This document shows positions 9,804-19,691 of a DNA stretch of 64,000 nucleotides, in pieces. How positions within the stretch are numbered: position 1 is the first letter of the stretch; every line of letters begins with the position of its first letter. Position numbers and translations under genes: made by a program. Under the pieces are notes generated by a model that did no database searches, was not told the DNA's origin, and saw only the letters and a list, made by a program, of their open reading frames with translations. The stretch comes from Candidatus Woesearchaeota archaeon (GTDB lineage: Archaea; Nanobdellota; Nanobdellia; Pacearchaeales; GW2011-AR1). Location of the stretch: positions 2,028 to 66,027 of the forward strand of contig CAZOCP010000001.1 of NCBI GenBank assembly GCA_964578345.1, given 5' to 3'.

Positions 9804-10373
9804 ATGGGAGACATAGAGTTTAGGAATGAAGAATTAACCAGAGCATTTGTTTGTATTCTTTTTTCCAATGAAGTTGTTAAGGAAATTGCAAGAGTGCAGA
9901 AGCTGCTTGGAAATTGGAAATTTACAGGGAAAATGACTGATCTAGAAAATTTACATCTTACTTTGAAGTTTTTAGGAGAGATTGAATCGAAAAAAATGGC
10001 AGAGACTAAAAAGCGCTTGCGAAAAATCATTTTTTCATCATTTCAAACACATTTAGAGAGAATAGGAATCTTTCATAATTTAGGAAATCCGAGAATTATC
10101 TGGATGAAGGCAACAGGAAAGCAAATTTTTGAGCTGCAGCGCAAAATAGATGATGCATTAGCAGAAGTTTTTCCTCCTGAAAAAAGATTTATGTCTCATT
10201 TAACAATTTCTAGAATTAAGTATGTAAAAGATAAAAAAGTGTTTGAAGAGCATGTAAAAAATATTCACATTAGGAAGATATCCTCGCTGATAGATAAATT
10301 CTTTTTGATGAAGTCTACGCTGCTGGATTCTGGACCGGTTTATGAGATAGTAGAAGAGTATTCTTTAATATAA
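9804..10373 (+). CDS. thpR: RNA 2',3'-cyclic phosphodiesterase (2H family, LigT/ThpR)
   Basis: Two H-x-T/S-x motifs (HLTLKF and HLTISR) at the correct spacing. Confidence 0.75.
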   Translation: MGDIEFRNEELTRAFVCILFSNEVVKEIARVQKLLGNWKFTGKMTDLENLHLTLKFLGEIESKKMAETKKRLRKIIFSSFQTHLERIGIFHNLGNPRIIWMKATGKQIFELQRKIDDALAEVFPPEKRFMSHLTISRIKYVKDKKVFEEHVKNIHIRKISSLIDKFFLMKSTLLDSGPVYEIVEEYSLI

Positions 10374-10389
10374 CAGACTGGCCGAAATT

Positions 10390-11049
10390 TCAGTTGAGAA
10401 GATCATTAAATATTTTAGCTCTTTTTTTTAGAATATCTTCAATTTCTGAAATAGGGGCGTTGGCTATACTCCTTATTGATTTGAATTTTGCAATGAGTTT
10501 TTTTGCAGCTACCGGGCCTATAGAGGGAAATCCTTCAAGAATATACTGAATTTGTTCTTGTTTTGTTTTAGCTGTTTTTTGAGGGCGCATAGACATTTCA
10601 TTTTTCGATTGTTTTTTTGCTAGGAGAGACATATAAGCAACAGTATCTTTTTCATCTTTGGTGAATATTAGCGGAATTGAGTAATTAAGCGATGCAGAGA
10701 GCAAAAATCCTCGAAGAACATTTTCGTGTATTTTGCGGCTCCCGACTTTTTCGTTATTATATCCTTCCACTAATAATAAATATTTTGGATACTTTTTCAG
10801 CGCATCTATCTGAGAGAATATTCTTTTATTAACAATTGATGATTGCAGGTCCGAGATAGTTTTTCTTTCTATTGCTACGTTATTTATAAGATAGTCCGCA
10901 ATTTGAAGTTGCTCAAACTGTATTTCAAAATTCGCATCCATTAATCCGTACACCACTAAAGAATTTCTTTCTCTGTTGTCTACTACTATCTTTATTTTTT
11001 CAGACTTCTTCTCTGCTGTTTTTCTTGAGAATATATCATGAAACATCAT
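10390..11049 (-). CDS. hef: Hef/XPF-type ERCC4 nuclease domain plus HhH2 protein (nuclease half of a split Hef)
   Basis: ERK-x3-D motif (AIERKTISDL), ADY motif, C-terminal helix-hairpin-helix GFPSIGPVAAKKL; its start overlaps the stop of the helicase gene by 14 nt. Confidence 0.75.
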   Translation of the reverse strand: MMFHDIFSRKTAEKKSEKIKIVVDNRERNSLVVYGLMDANFEIQFEQLQIADYLINNVAIERKTISDLQSSIVNKRIFSQIDALKKYPKYLLLVEGYNNEKVGSRKIHENVLRGFLLSASLNYSIPLIFTKDEKDTVAYMSLLAKKQSKNEMSMRPQKTAKTKQEQIQYILEGFPSIGPVAAKKLIAKFKSIRSIANAPISEIEDILKKRAKIFNDLLN

Positions 11050-12577
11050 TTGGCAGGAAATCTTTGAGAATAAGCGGTTTGTCTTTCAACTCTTCTTTTA
11101 TTTTTTCTATGGCGCCCAGCATTTTTTTCTCTCTAAATGAAGAAGCGTAATGATGTGCTATATCTCTGGTGTCTTTCGTCATTAAAATAATTATCTTTCC
11201 GGGCGCAAGTCTGGCAGTTCTTCCCCCGCGCTGTATTTTTCTAATTGCAGATGGAATCGGCTCGTAAAATATAACAGTATTGACTTCTGGTATGTCAAGT
11301 CCTTCTTCTCCTATAGAAGTAGCCACGACTACATTGATCTCCCCAGTTCTAAATTTTTCTATTATAACTTTTTGCTCTTTCTGAGAAAGGCCAGTACCCC
11401 CTTTCTTTACCTGACCAACAAATACCGCCGGTCTTATTTCTTCTATCTGGTTTATTCTTTTCATAATTGTTGTCGCGGTTTCTCTAAACTGTGTAAATGC
11501 GATTATTTTTGATTTATTATTATTTTTGAATTGTTCTTCGATTAAAACCGCTAATTCTTCAATTTTAGGATGTTCTACTTTATCATTTCTTAATTTTTCA
11601 AGAGAAATCATTGCTGCTTTAAATTCTGGAGTGTTGACCAAGGTTTGGACCCCTCTAGACTTTTTTTCCTGCGCTTGTTTTATGAGCTCCTTAAGGTATT
11701 TTTCTAACCCCGACAATGTCTGTGTCTCCAACAGTTCTATTGCATGAGCTATCTTTATTGCCTGTGCTGTTAAGGACATTCCATGTAAAACATTAAAGTT
11801 TTTTTGAGATGCCCGTGCAGCGAGCGAAGACTGTAGTTTCAGGAGAGTTATTTTATTTGCCGGGCCAAACAGAAGATTTCTATGTTTAAGTTGTTCTATA
11901 CGAGAATCTAATATTCTTTTTAACAATATCCTAATTTCAATGAACTCCTGCGGAAATGGAATTTCTCTTTTATCAAATTCTAAGTCCTGCAAATAAGGCT
12001 TAACATCTTCGGAATCTCTTGTACGTAGTTCAATTTCGTGAATATTCAAATGACTGCAAATCTGCTTTACTTTATCTTTATCCGAGCCAGGAGAAGCAGT
12101 GAGCCCTATAATATGTTGATAGCTCGAGTTCTGTTTATATTCCTTTACAACTTTCGTATAATCATAATTTTTGAGGCACCGATGAGCCTCATCAATTATA
12201 AGAAGAGAGACTTCCAATAGAAAATAGAGCTTTCTTTCAATATCATTAGCAATACATTGCGGAGTTGAGAAAATAATTTCTGCTGTTTCCCATATTTTTT
12301 TGCGTTTTTCAGCAGGTATTTCTCCTGTAAAAATCTGCAAATCCGCAAACAATTCAGGAAGATTATTTCTGAAATAATTAAAATGCTGTTCTACTAAAGG
12401 ACGAGTTGGGGCAAGAAAGAGTATTTTAGTTTTAGGATATTTTTTAAGCCGTTCAATTGCAAGCATAAGTGCTATTAGAGTTTTGCCAAGACCTGTGGGA
12501 AGCACTATTAATGTGTTTCTCTGTTTCGCGGTCTCAAATATTTTTTTTTGATATTCTCTTGGTATTATAGGTATCAT
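11036..12577 (-). CDS. hef: Hef-type SF2 helicase (helicase half of a split Hef)
   Basis: Walker A LPTGLGKT, DEAH box IIDEAHR, motif VI QRGGRTAR; an ATGATGTTTCATGA overlap couples it to the nuclease gene. Confidence 0.8.
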   Translation of the reverse strand: MIPIIPREYQKKIFETAKQRNTLIVLPTGLGKTLIALMLAIERLKKYPKTKILFLAPTRPLVEQHFNYFRNNLPELFADLQIFTGEIPAEKRKKIWETAEIIFSTPQCIANDIERKLYFLLEVSLLIIDEAHRCLKNYDYTKVVKEYKQNSSYQHIIGLTASPGSDKDKVKQICSHLNIHEIELRTRDSEDVKPYLQDLEFDKREIPFPQEFIEIRILLKRILDSRIEQLKHRNLLFGPANKITLLKLQSSLAARASQKNFNVLHGMSLTAQAIKIAHAIELLETQTLSGLEKYLKELIKQAQEKKSRGVQTLVNTPEFKAAMISLEKLRNDKVEHPKIEELAVLIEEQFKNNNKSKIIAFTQFRETATTIMKRINQIEEIRPAVFVGQVKKGGTGLSQKEQKVIIEKFRTGEINVVVATSIGEEGLDIPEVNTVIFYEPIPSAIRKIQRGGRTARLAPGKIIILMTKDTRDIAHHYASSFREKKMLGAIEKIKEELKDKPLILKDFLPNDVS

Positions 12578-12613
12578 GCATATTCGGCTGAATCGTAGTT
12601 TAAATTTTTTGCT

Positions 12614-13285
12614 CTAGGGAATAATGAGCGCTAAAAAGATAAAGATTAAAGAAATTGCTGCAAGCACAGACCATAGAATTTTAGATCCAAAGAAAATTTG
12701 AGAGCCGTCGAGTTTCGAAATAGGCAAAAGATTCCAGAATGAATAATATACTCCAATCTTCGCCAGTGTCTCCTGGCCAATTAAGTAAGCGAATGCTGAT
12801 AAAATAAAAACTGCAATTATCCCGCTTGCTCCAATTATGCTATTATGCCATTCAGTCATTTCTGTGTAGCTGTAATATCCAAAACGTTTCGCGGCCCGGG
12901 TTTTTAAGGCCCTAGATTCATAGGTAAGAATAGCTAAGAGCAAAACCGGAGTATTTATTATTATTGAAGCCAGCGCGCCCAATAACGGCAGAATTATGCC
13001 TGCTGGCACTTCTTTTTTAAAACGCCATGGCCATGTTGACTTAAGCCCAACTTGACTTACTTTCCATATTTCATGTTCTATATTAGAATCTAAGAGATAA
13101 GCAGAAATTTTTTTGGCGAGAATATTTACTGCAATTATGATCAAAGAAAAAGAAACTGGTAATATCATTTTTTGCTGAATACTCTGACTATTTATCATTG
13201 CTAAAATTGCTGCAGATAACACAACAATCGCAGCGATAATTTGAATCGGCTCATTTTTATTCATTTTTGTCTGTATTTTACTCAC
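12614..13285 (-). CDS. polytopic membrane protein, unknown function
   Basis: About 6 predicted TM helices; no protease motifs found. Confidence 0.3.
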   Translation of the reverse strand: MSKIQTKMNKNEPIQIIAAIVVLSAAILAMINSQSIQQKMILPVSFSLIIIAVNILAKKISAYLLDSNIEHEIWKVSQVGLKSTWPWRFKKEVPAGIILPLLGALASIIINTPVLLLAILTYESRALKTRAAKRFGYYSYTEMTEWHNSIIGASGIIAVFILSAFAYLIGQETLAKIGVYYSFWNLLPISKLDGSQIFFGSKILWSVLAAISLIFIFLALIIP

Positions 13286-13416
13286 TTTCTTTTTATATAA
13301 ATATTGCGCATTTTTGATTTATCACCAACCCTTTCGGGTTTGTACCTCGCCTCCTCGGTTTTGCTCGGAGTTTGATTAATTTTCCACATAGTCCCTAGCA
13401 ACATAAAGTATAAATA

Positions 13417-13755
13417 GTGCTATTATTTGCATATTATATGCTAAGAATAAAAAAATTCAGTGATGTTATAGGTAAGAAGGCTTATACTTCGGATGGAGAT
13501 TTTTTTGGGCAGGTTGAAGAAGTTAGTCTTGTTGACAACAAAATAGAAGGGTGGCGCATTAGAATCAGTTCAGACTTTATTTCACATTTAGGCGGAGCCA
13601 GAGGAGTAATTATTCCCCATCAGTTCGTGAAATCCATAGGAGATGTATTTATAGTCCAGAGAGGGTCTTTGCCTGTGCATGAAGAAAATATGGAAATTCC
13701 ATCATCAAATACAGAATCAGCAAATTCAATGATTGGTAGTGACGAGATAGCCTAA
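13417..13755 (+). CDS. PRC-barrel domain protein
   Basis: KKAYTSDGDFFGQVEEVSL...GVIIPHQFVKSIGDVFIV pattern typical of the PRC barrel. Confidence 0.5.
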   Translation: MLLFAYYMLRIKKFSDVIGKKAYTSDGDFFGQVEEVSLVDNKIEGWRIRISSDFISHLGGARGVIIPHQFVKSIGDVFIVQRGSLPVHEENMEIPSSNTESANSMIGSDEIA

Positions 13756-14039
13756 TTTTTGAGAAAAAATACTTCTTAGATATTTTATTCTTATAGGATA
13801 GAATGTAACTCCTCATAGCAACCGTTTATCCATAAAAATAATGATGCATTTAAGTGATAAAGTTCATGAATTTTCCTTTCAGTCAATAACAAGCGTTGAT
13901 TCTCTAATTCTATTGCCATTACATGAATATGGGTGTAAGTTTTAGATAAATTATCGAGCAACTTGTTGCGAAACTATACGCCTGAAGAACAAACAAGTAC
14001 TTTCATTTTCTAATTACCAAGGTAAAAACTGTCCAGCCC

Positions 14040-16193
14040 TTATATATTTCCAAGAGCAATTGCAGCCAAAACAGTTAGAGCAAGAATTGAAGCCAAAGCA
14101 GTTGCCGTATATAAAAGAACTCCGATCCTTAAGTTTTTACTCAATTCTGATTTTTCTTTTAATGGGTCTCTTCCCACATCAACAGTTACAAGAGCAGAAG
14201 TAAGAATAAAGATTATTTCAATTACATAAATTCCTATGCTAATTTGCATAAAATAGGGAGGAATCATCTTAGTAATATCAAATATCTGCACAATGTTCTC
14301 TATTGAACCAAGACTGCCTGCCGCTTGCTCAGAGCCTGCCGAAGCACTTATTGTTTGTATTTTATTTAGAATTAAAGTTATCATTGTTGATAAACCGACT
14401 ACTATTCCTGCTAGAAGGGGGGCAAGGAAAGTCATATTGGATTTCATATCTGAAATAACTTCTGCCAGTAGGTCTTTAAGGCGCTGGTTTATTTTTTGGA
14501 TGTTTTTTACATATTCTGAAATAGACATTAATGATCTGGCGGCGACTTGAAGGCCTTTTTTAACGGACTCTACCAAAATGCGCATTGATGTAGCAATTAA
14601 AGCTGAAGGGTAATATGTAATTGCTCCTCGTTTTTTGTCAAAAACTGCTGACTCTAGTGGCATTCCCATCTGTTGGATATTTTGGTTTACAATGGAAAAA
14701 AAGCTGTGAGTTATCTGGCTTTGAGTAGATTCTGCAACTTTTCCGAAAGCAATTTCCGCAGGAATTCCGTCGCCAAGCCTATTGCCAATATGAAAAAGAG
14801 AGTTGGTAAATTCCTCTTCTAGCTGTTTAGTCTGATTCCTGGCTTTAATTAATTCTGATGTTTTTTTTCTGTAGGCATAAAAGAAAAAAAGACCTATTGA
14901 AAACGGCACAAATAAGCTGAGAAGCGTGGATAGGGGGCCAAAGGGCCCGATTTTCTTTCCATCAATAACCTTGAACTCAAAAAGTTTTGTAGCTCTAAAT
15001 GCATCGTTTTCTATTCCTATTTCTTCAAAAGTATAATCACTTTTTATATGAAAATAAGAAGTTAAGGAGTCTATTTGAAATATGAAAGGAAGCAGGCCAA
15101 TTATCAGAAAGGGCAATGAAATGAGCGCCGCAGTAATCCATGGTTTTTTAGAAGTGAATTTTTTATATTCTGGATTTAACTCAAGAACCGAGCTTTCTCC
15201 ATATCCTCCTGGGCGTTTGAGAAGTATTTCTGAGGCAAGATAAAAGACGAATAGAGGGATTAAAAAATTAAATAAAATAAATATATGTTGCCATTGAATC
15301 ACTCCTTGTAGAAGAGTTGAAGCGAGAGGAATAAGTGCAAGTCCTAGAGTTGGAAGAATAATCCCCAACATGTAAATGTTTGTTAGAGGAGAGCGGATTT
15401 CTCTGCTATACTTAAGCATCTTTTCATATATCCCATCTAAAATTACCTGCAGGGATTTTTCTAATATCTGAACTCTGCGGTTTTCGGAAGGTTCGTAGAG
15501 AGAAGATTCTACTAAATGGAATGATTCTATAAATTCAGGAGCATAGTCTCTCCAACTTTCTAAGTATGAGTCTAAAGATTGTTTTATTGTAGGATATTTT
15601 CCTATTTCTACATCATAAAAAATCTTTTTGAAGTCTAAAGCTAGAGGGCCTTCTAAATGCTGAGATGCAAACTCAACGGCCCTTTCGAGATTTGAAGTAT
15701 GTTTCATATATACAACAATATATAGAATTGCAGGCACCATCTGTGACGATGCTTTCATCCTCCAAATATTTGCCAGTCTTTTCGGCATAGTATAAGTATA
15801 ATAGAATATGAACATGCTCGCCATCACTCCTAAAAACAAAAATAAAAGTTGAATAGAGCCGTTTATTAAATATATGGCAACGCCAATAGATACTGTTACA
15901 AAAAAAGCTATTAACATAGAAACAATTGATAATGTTAAAGCTTGGCTCGGCTCAACTTCTAGATGGGCAATTTTTAGAAACTTTTCTACTCTAACTCGGT
16001 CTTTTTCTGCCATCTTTATTTTTATTAGATTTCCCAAAGACTTAACCCATCTTTCATAACGGGAGATCTCAGGAAGCATATCTTTTTTGAACTGTACATA
16101 GTCTGGAGAATATCCGGCTTGTTTTCCTGAAGATTCTATTTGAGACTCTATTTTCTGCTTATACTTATCTAGTATATCGTCGACGCTTCCCAT
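14040..16193 (-). CDS. type IV pilus/archaellum-type polytopic platform protein (TadC/FlaJ/T2SS-F-like)
   Basis: 717 aa with two blocks of TM helices separated by soluble helical domains, as in FlaJ/TadC; transcribed divergently from the prepilin-like gene cluster. Confidence 0.5.
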   Translation of the reverse strand: MGSVDDILDKYKQKIESQIESSGKQAGYSPDYVQFKKDMLPEISRYERWVKSLGNLIKIKMAEKDRVRVEKFLKIAHLEVEPSQALTLSIVSMLIAFFVTVSIGVAIYLINGSIQLLFLFLGVMASMFIFYYTYTMPKRLANIWRMKASSQMVPAILYIVVYMKHTSNLERAVEFASQHLEGPLALDFKKIFYDVEIGKYPTIKQSLDSYLESWRDYAPEFIESFHLVESSLYEPSENRRVQILEKSLQVILDGIYEKMLKYSREIRSPLTNIYMLGIILPTLGLALIPLASTLLQGVIQWQHIFILFNFLIPLFVFYLASEILLKRPGGYGESSVLELNPEYKKFTSKKPWITAALISLPFLIIGLLPFIFQIDSLTSYFHIKSDYTFEEIGIENDAFRATKLFEFKVIDGKKIGPFGPLSTLLSLFVPFSIGLFFFYAYRKKTSELIKARNQTKQLEEEFTNSLFHIGNRLGDGIPAEIAFGKVAESTQSQITHSFFSIVNQNIQQMGMPLESAVFDKKRGAITYYPSALIATSMRILVESVKKGLQVAARSLMSISEYVKNIQKINQRLKDLLAEVISDMKSNMTFLAPLLAGIVVGLSTMITLILNKIQTISASAGSEQAAGSLGSIENIVQIFDITKMIPPYFMQISIGIYVIEIIFILTSALVTVDVGRDPLKEKSELSKNLRIGVLLYTATALASILALTVLAAIALGNI

Positions 16194-16433
16194 CTTTTAT
16201 TTAAAAGAAGAAGGTAAATGAAGTTATAAATGATGCGGTTCTTCCAGCTCTCTAGAAAGTTTCTCTGAAAAATAACATTTTTTGATTATTAGCTAAGAAG
16301 GTGAAAGATAAATTACTCCTGAAATTTCAAAAATTCTAACAAAGTTTGTTTGATTGTTTAGGTTGAACGAGGTTTTATTCAATTATGAAATAGACCTGAA
16401 AAATATATAAGCTAACTAAGAGACTAATAAAAA

Positions 16434-16625
16434 ATGGAACAAACAAAAGAAATAATAGAATTAAGAAATGACGTAAACAGTTTGAGAGAGGTAATTGAGA
16501 ATTTAGCAATTCTTATGAATAAAAAACTGATAAAGGAATTACAAGAAGAATCTAAATATATAGAAGCCGGAGAGTATCTAACTAAGCAAGAATTTGAAAG
16601 AAAACATAAAGTTAAAATAAATTAA
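16434..16625 (+). CDS. small coiled-coil protein
   Basis: 63-aa ORF, charged and helical; first gene of the + strand cluster. Confidence 0.25.
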   Translation: MEQTKEIIELRNDVNSLREVIENLAILMNKKLIKELQEESKYIEAGEYLTKQEFERKHKVKIN

Positions 16626-16773
16626 TATCTTTATAATATCCTCTTTTTATATAATCATCGCATTCATCTTTGTGTTTTATAGATAAAAGCCATATTTCTT
16701 TCGTGTGCTGCAGTAGAAACGCAATAATTTTCTGAAGAGGTAGATTTATTAATATTAATAAAGGATTATAAAC

Positions 16774-16926
16774 ATGGGACACAAAAGAGGAGAACTAACC
16801 TGGGCGGTCATCCCGTGGATTATTGCTCTGATTGTGCTGGCTTTAGTTTTTATACTATATTTGCTGCTCTCTGGAAAATTAGATGCTGTCTCAGATTTTA
16901 TCACAAAAACTCTGAGGTTTGGATGA
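16774..16926 (+). CDS. mini prepilin-like protein (50 aa) with class III signal peptide
   Basis: Hand-translated as MGHKRGELTWAVIPWIIALIVLALVFILYLLLSGKLDAVSDFITKTLRFG. KRGEL followed by a hydrophobic helix is the class III signal pattern. Its stop overlaps the next ATG (ATGA); it is not in the ORF track because it is under 60 aa. Confidence 0.45.
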   Translation: MGHKRGELTWAVIPWIIALIVLALVFILYLLLSGKLDAVSDFITKTLRFG

Positions 16927-17810
16927 AGTGTTCACTTTCTAAAAAAGGAGAAGTGGGCCTTAACGTTCTTTTATTAGGAATATTAGCGTTTGTTATTCTT
17001 GTGTTGGTTGCTTGGTTTCTGTTCTATTTTTTTCAAGGCAGGATAAATCCTTTTTTTGATTCTTTAGGATTTAACTTGACAAAGCCAGTTGCTGTTGAAG
17101 AGGAGATTTTTAGATTTAGATTGGGCAGCGAAGCAATAGAATATTATGACGGAAACAGATGGAATCCCGTGCCTCTGCCTAAAGCAAATGATCCAAGAAG
17201 AAAATCAGACTTACAATTAAACGATAAATTTTTCTTGCATGACGAAATTGGGAGTGTGTTTTTTTATTCTTATTTTACTCAAAATAGAATACAAAAAAAT
17301 ATTATGCGTTTGGATGGAGGAAAGGGAGGCATTGAAATTAAAGGCTTTAGAAAGGGGCCTGATAAATATGATAAAAATACGTTTAGATTTTATATATTTC
17401 TAACCGCATCAATTGGCCAAGAAACAAATGCAGAATACCTGCTTGATCATGAAGGAAAATTGTACAAATGGCCGAATAGAGAAGGATATGACGATGTTGT
17501 CAGAACGTCAAGTTTAGATAGATATGATAAAGCTCTTGTCGGATCTGAAGAATCAAATATTATAATTAATTATGAATCTGAATTTTCTAGAATAGAAAAT
17601 CCAGACGATATTGAAAAGCAAATTGTGCAAAAGGCAGAAGAGTGGAGGGATTCGGTATTGAAGCAGCCAATTAAATTTGTTTATTATTCTGATTCTAGTC
17701 TAAAAGATAAGAAAGAGATAATGGTCTGCATTAATAAAAGAGATCAGGATCTTATTGTTAATCTTGCCAAAAAATGGGAGGGAGGTGAATGTGACTATAA
17801 AGAAAAATAA
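16923..17810 (+). CDS. prepilin-like protein (class III signal peptide)
   Basis: Start re-assigned to the ATG at 16923 (MKCSLSKKGEVGLNVLLLGILAFVILVLVAWFL), preceded by GAGGT; the ORF-track N-terminal extension was discounted. Confidence 0.55.
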   Translation: MKCSLSKKGEVGLNVLLLGILAFVILVLVAWFLFYFFQGRINPFFDSLGFNLTKPVAVEEEIFRFRLGSEAIEYYDGNRWNPVPLPKANDPRRKSDLQLNDKFFLHDEIGSVFFYSYFTQNRIQKNIMRLDGGKGGIEIKGFRKGPDKYDKNTFRFYIFLTASIGQETNAEYLLDHEGKLYKWPNREGYDDVVRTSSLDRYDKALVGSEESNIIINYESEFSRIENPDDIEKQIVQKAEEWRDSVLKQPIKFVYYSDSSLKDKKEIMVCINKRDQDLIVNLAKKWEGGECDYKEK

Positions 17811-17919
17811 AAGAGCTGAATTGAGTGGAACAAGCATAGTAAGCATTATACTCTGGATTGTTTTTTTGATCTTATTAGGAACTTCTATTTGGTTTTTAAT
17901 TAATAAGCAGACGGCGTAA
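17791..17919 (+). CDS. possible mini prepilin-like protein (42 aa, GTG start)
   Basis: A GGAGGTGA SD is followed by GTG; translation (M)TIKKNKRAELSGTSIVSIILWIVFLILLGTSIWFLINKQTA shares the KRAEL motif with its neighbours; it overlaps the end of the upstream gene. Confidence 0.3.
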   Translation: MTIKKNKRAELSGTSIVSIILWIVFLILLGTSIWFLINKQTA

Positions 17920-17950
17920 TTGTTATAAAGTCAGATTTCTTTATGATTAC

Positions 17951-19087
17951 ATGAAAAAAGGGGAGCTTAGTTCGGCAGTGGTTATTCCTTTAATTTTAAT
18001 TATCGCTGCTTTTTTAATCATTCTTGCCTTTCTTGTCCGCAATCTTTATTTTAGTGAGCTAATAACTGATGAGACTTGTAAACTTTCAGTTATAACTAGA
18101 GCGACCGCACCTAAGAGTGTACAGCACACAGTTCCTTTAAAATGCCAGACAAAAAAAATCTGCTTGACTTCTGGAAAAGGAAAGTGTGAAGAAGCTTTTG
18201 CAGGAGAGAAAGCCCAATTTATAAAAATTCCTGATATCAGAAACCCAAAAAATGATAATCCTGAAAAAATAAGGGAAGCAGCTGTAATGATTGAAGAAGC
18301 AAGTGCGCAGGCAATGTATGACTGCTGGAACATAATGGGGCAGGGCAAAGTTGATTTATTCCATAATTTATATACAGTTTCAGGAGCCGCATCGGGGAAA
18401 GTCGCTTGCGTTATATGCTCCAGAGTTGCTATTGACAAAGGCGTCAATAAAAACGTTCTGGATAATATAGACATTAATGAATATATGAGAACGCATCAAG
18501 TTCCAGGAAGCAGTTTGACCTACTTACAAGCCTTTACTGATAAAAGTGTAAACTCTTATTCAAAGGTTGACAGTGGATTCACTTACGAAAAATACAATGA
18601 AGAAATTGACAAGATCCTCGGAGATGACAATAATGTTGAGTCTGAGACCGATAGGCTTTCTAAAGTGAAATTCGAGGAATGGTCTTCTTCATGTGAAGAA
18701 AAAATAGATGGCAAATGTGTGAATAGACAGATGGTGTTTGTGTTCAGCCAAATTAAGACAGAGAGTATAAAAGATTATCTATCAAGGGCATCAGAAGTAG
18801 GATTAACTCTTGGAGTAACTTCTTTTGTGACTCCTGTTGTTAGAAATATAGCCACAAAAATTATCTTTCACCCTACAGGCGCAGTTGTTTCTTTAGTAGC
18901 AGGAAGTGCTGCCGTAGGTTATGGAGTTTATAATGTGAGGCAGGGACAGCTTGCTGCAATCGGCCACTGTGGTCAGTTTACTTCTGGCGATAAAGATGCG
19001 CAATATGGGTGTTCGTTAGTGCAAGGTGTTAATTATAATATCAATGATATTGATGCGTTATGCCCGATTATTCAGGGAGGAAATTGA
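17951..19087 (+). CDS. prepilin-like protein (class III signal peptide), 378 aa
   Basis: N-terminus MKKGELSSAVVIPLILIIAAFLIILAFLV; large extracellular domain with several Cys. Confidence 0.55.
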   Translation: MKKGELSSAVVIPLILIIAAFLIILAFLVRNLYFSELITDETCKLSVITRATAPKSVQHTVPLKCQTKKICLTSGKGKCEEAFAGEKAQFIKIPDIRNPKNDNPEKIREAAVMIEEASAQAMYDCWNIMGQGKVDLFHNLYTVSGAASGKVACVICSRVAIDKGVNKNVLDNIDINEYMRTHQVPGSSLTYLQAFTDKSVNSYSKVDSGFTYEKYNEEIDKILGDDNNVESETDRLSKVKFEEWSSSCEEKIDGKCVNRQMVFVFSQIKTESIKDYLSRASEVGLTLGVTSFVTPVVRNIATKIIFHPTGAVVSLVAGSAAVGYGVYNVRQGQLAAIGHCGQFTSGDKDAQYGCSLVQGVNYNINDIDALCPIIQGGN

Positions 19088-19090
19088 ATT

Positions 19091-19690
19091 ATGAATCAGA
19101 AAGGCATTCTCGCTTCAAATACACTAGGGGTTATTATTGCAGTTATTGCTTTAGCATTACTGTCTGTTGGAGTATATGGGGCTGTGAAATCTTATATTTA
19201 TCAGGATAGAGAGAGCGCAAAAAATGTTTTGGACAGCGTCGAATCAAAGATTAATGCTCTAGATAATGTTGGAAAAACTTCTTTTCCTATTCACGGGCCA
19301 AAAGATTGGTATTTGACTGCCTGGGGGCTTGAAGAAAAAGAATCTAACAAACCTGAAAAATGCTATTTCAAAAGCTGCATCTGCATATGCAAGGCCTCTC
19401 TTAATATAGGAGATTCAAAGGATAAACTTATATCGCTCTGCCAATCTACAGGTATTTGCAGGTTCCCTGAATTTTCTAAAATTGAAGTCCGAGGGGTCAA
19501 TTTTGAGAAATATGCAAGAGCAGAGCAAGCAGGTTTGGGGGCGGGGGATATTTATAGCGGGACTCCCTCTGAGAAAGGAAAGGCAGAATATATTAAATTT
19601 AAAGGAACTCTTATTGAAGTACAAGTTGAAATGAAGGACAAAAAAACTTTAGTTATTAGTGATATTTCCTCTCTTGATGAGCAAAATTAA
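19091..19690 (+). CDS. prepilin-like protein (class III signal peptide)
   Basis: N-terminus MNQKGILASNTLGVIIAVIALALLSVGVYG. Confidence 0.55.
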   Translation: MNQKGILASNTLGVIIAVIALALLSVGVYGAVKSYIYQDRESAKNVLDSVESKINALDNVGKTSFPIHGPKDWYLTAWGLEEKESNKPEKCYFKSCICICKASLNIGDSKDKLISLCQSTGICRFPEFSKIEVRGVNFEKYARAEQAGLGAGDIYSGTPSEKGKAEYIKFKGTLIEVQVEMKDKKTLVISDISSLDEQN

Positions 19691-19691
19691 A

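Noticed and set aside
16815-16922. N-terminal extension of the ORF-track call 16815..17810 (MDYCSDCAGFSFYTIF...)
   Set aside because: The extension overlaps, in another frame, the better-supported 50-aa mini-pilin. The downstream ATG at 16923 has a GAGGT SD and yields a canonical class III signal peptide.
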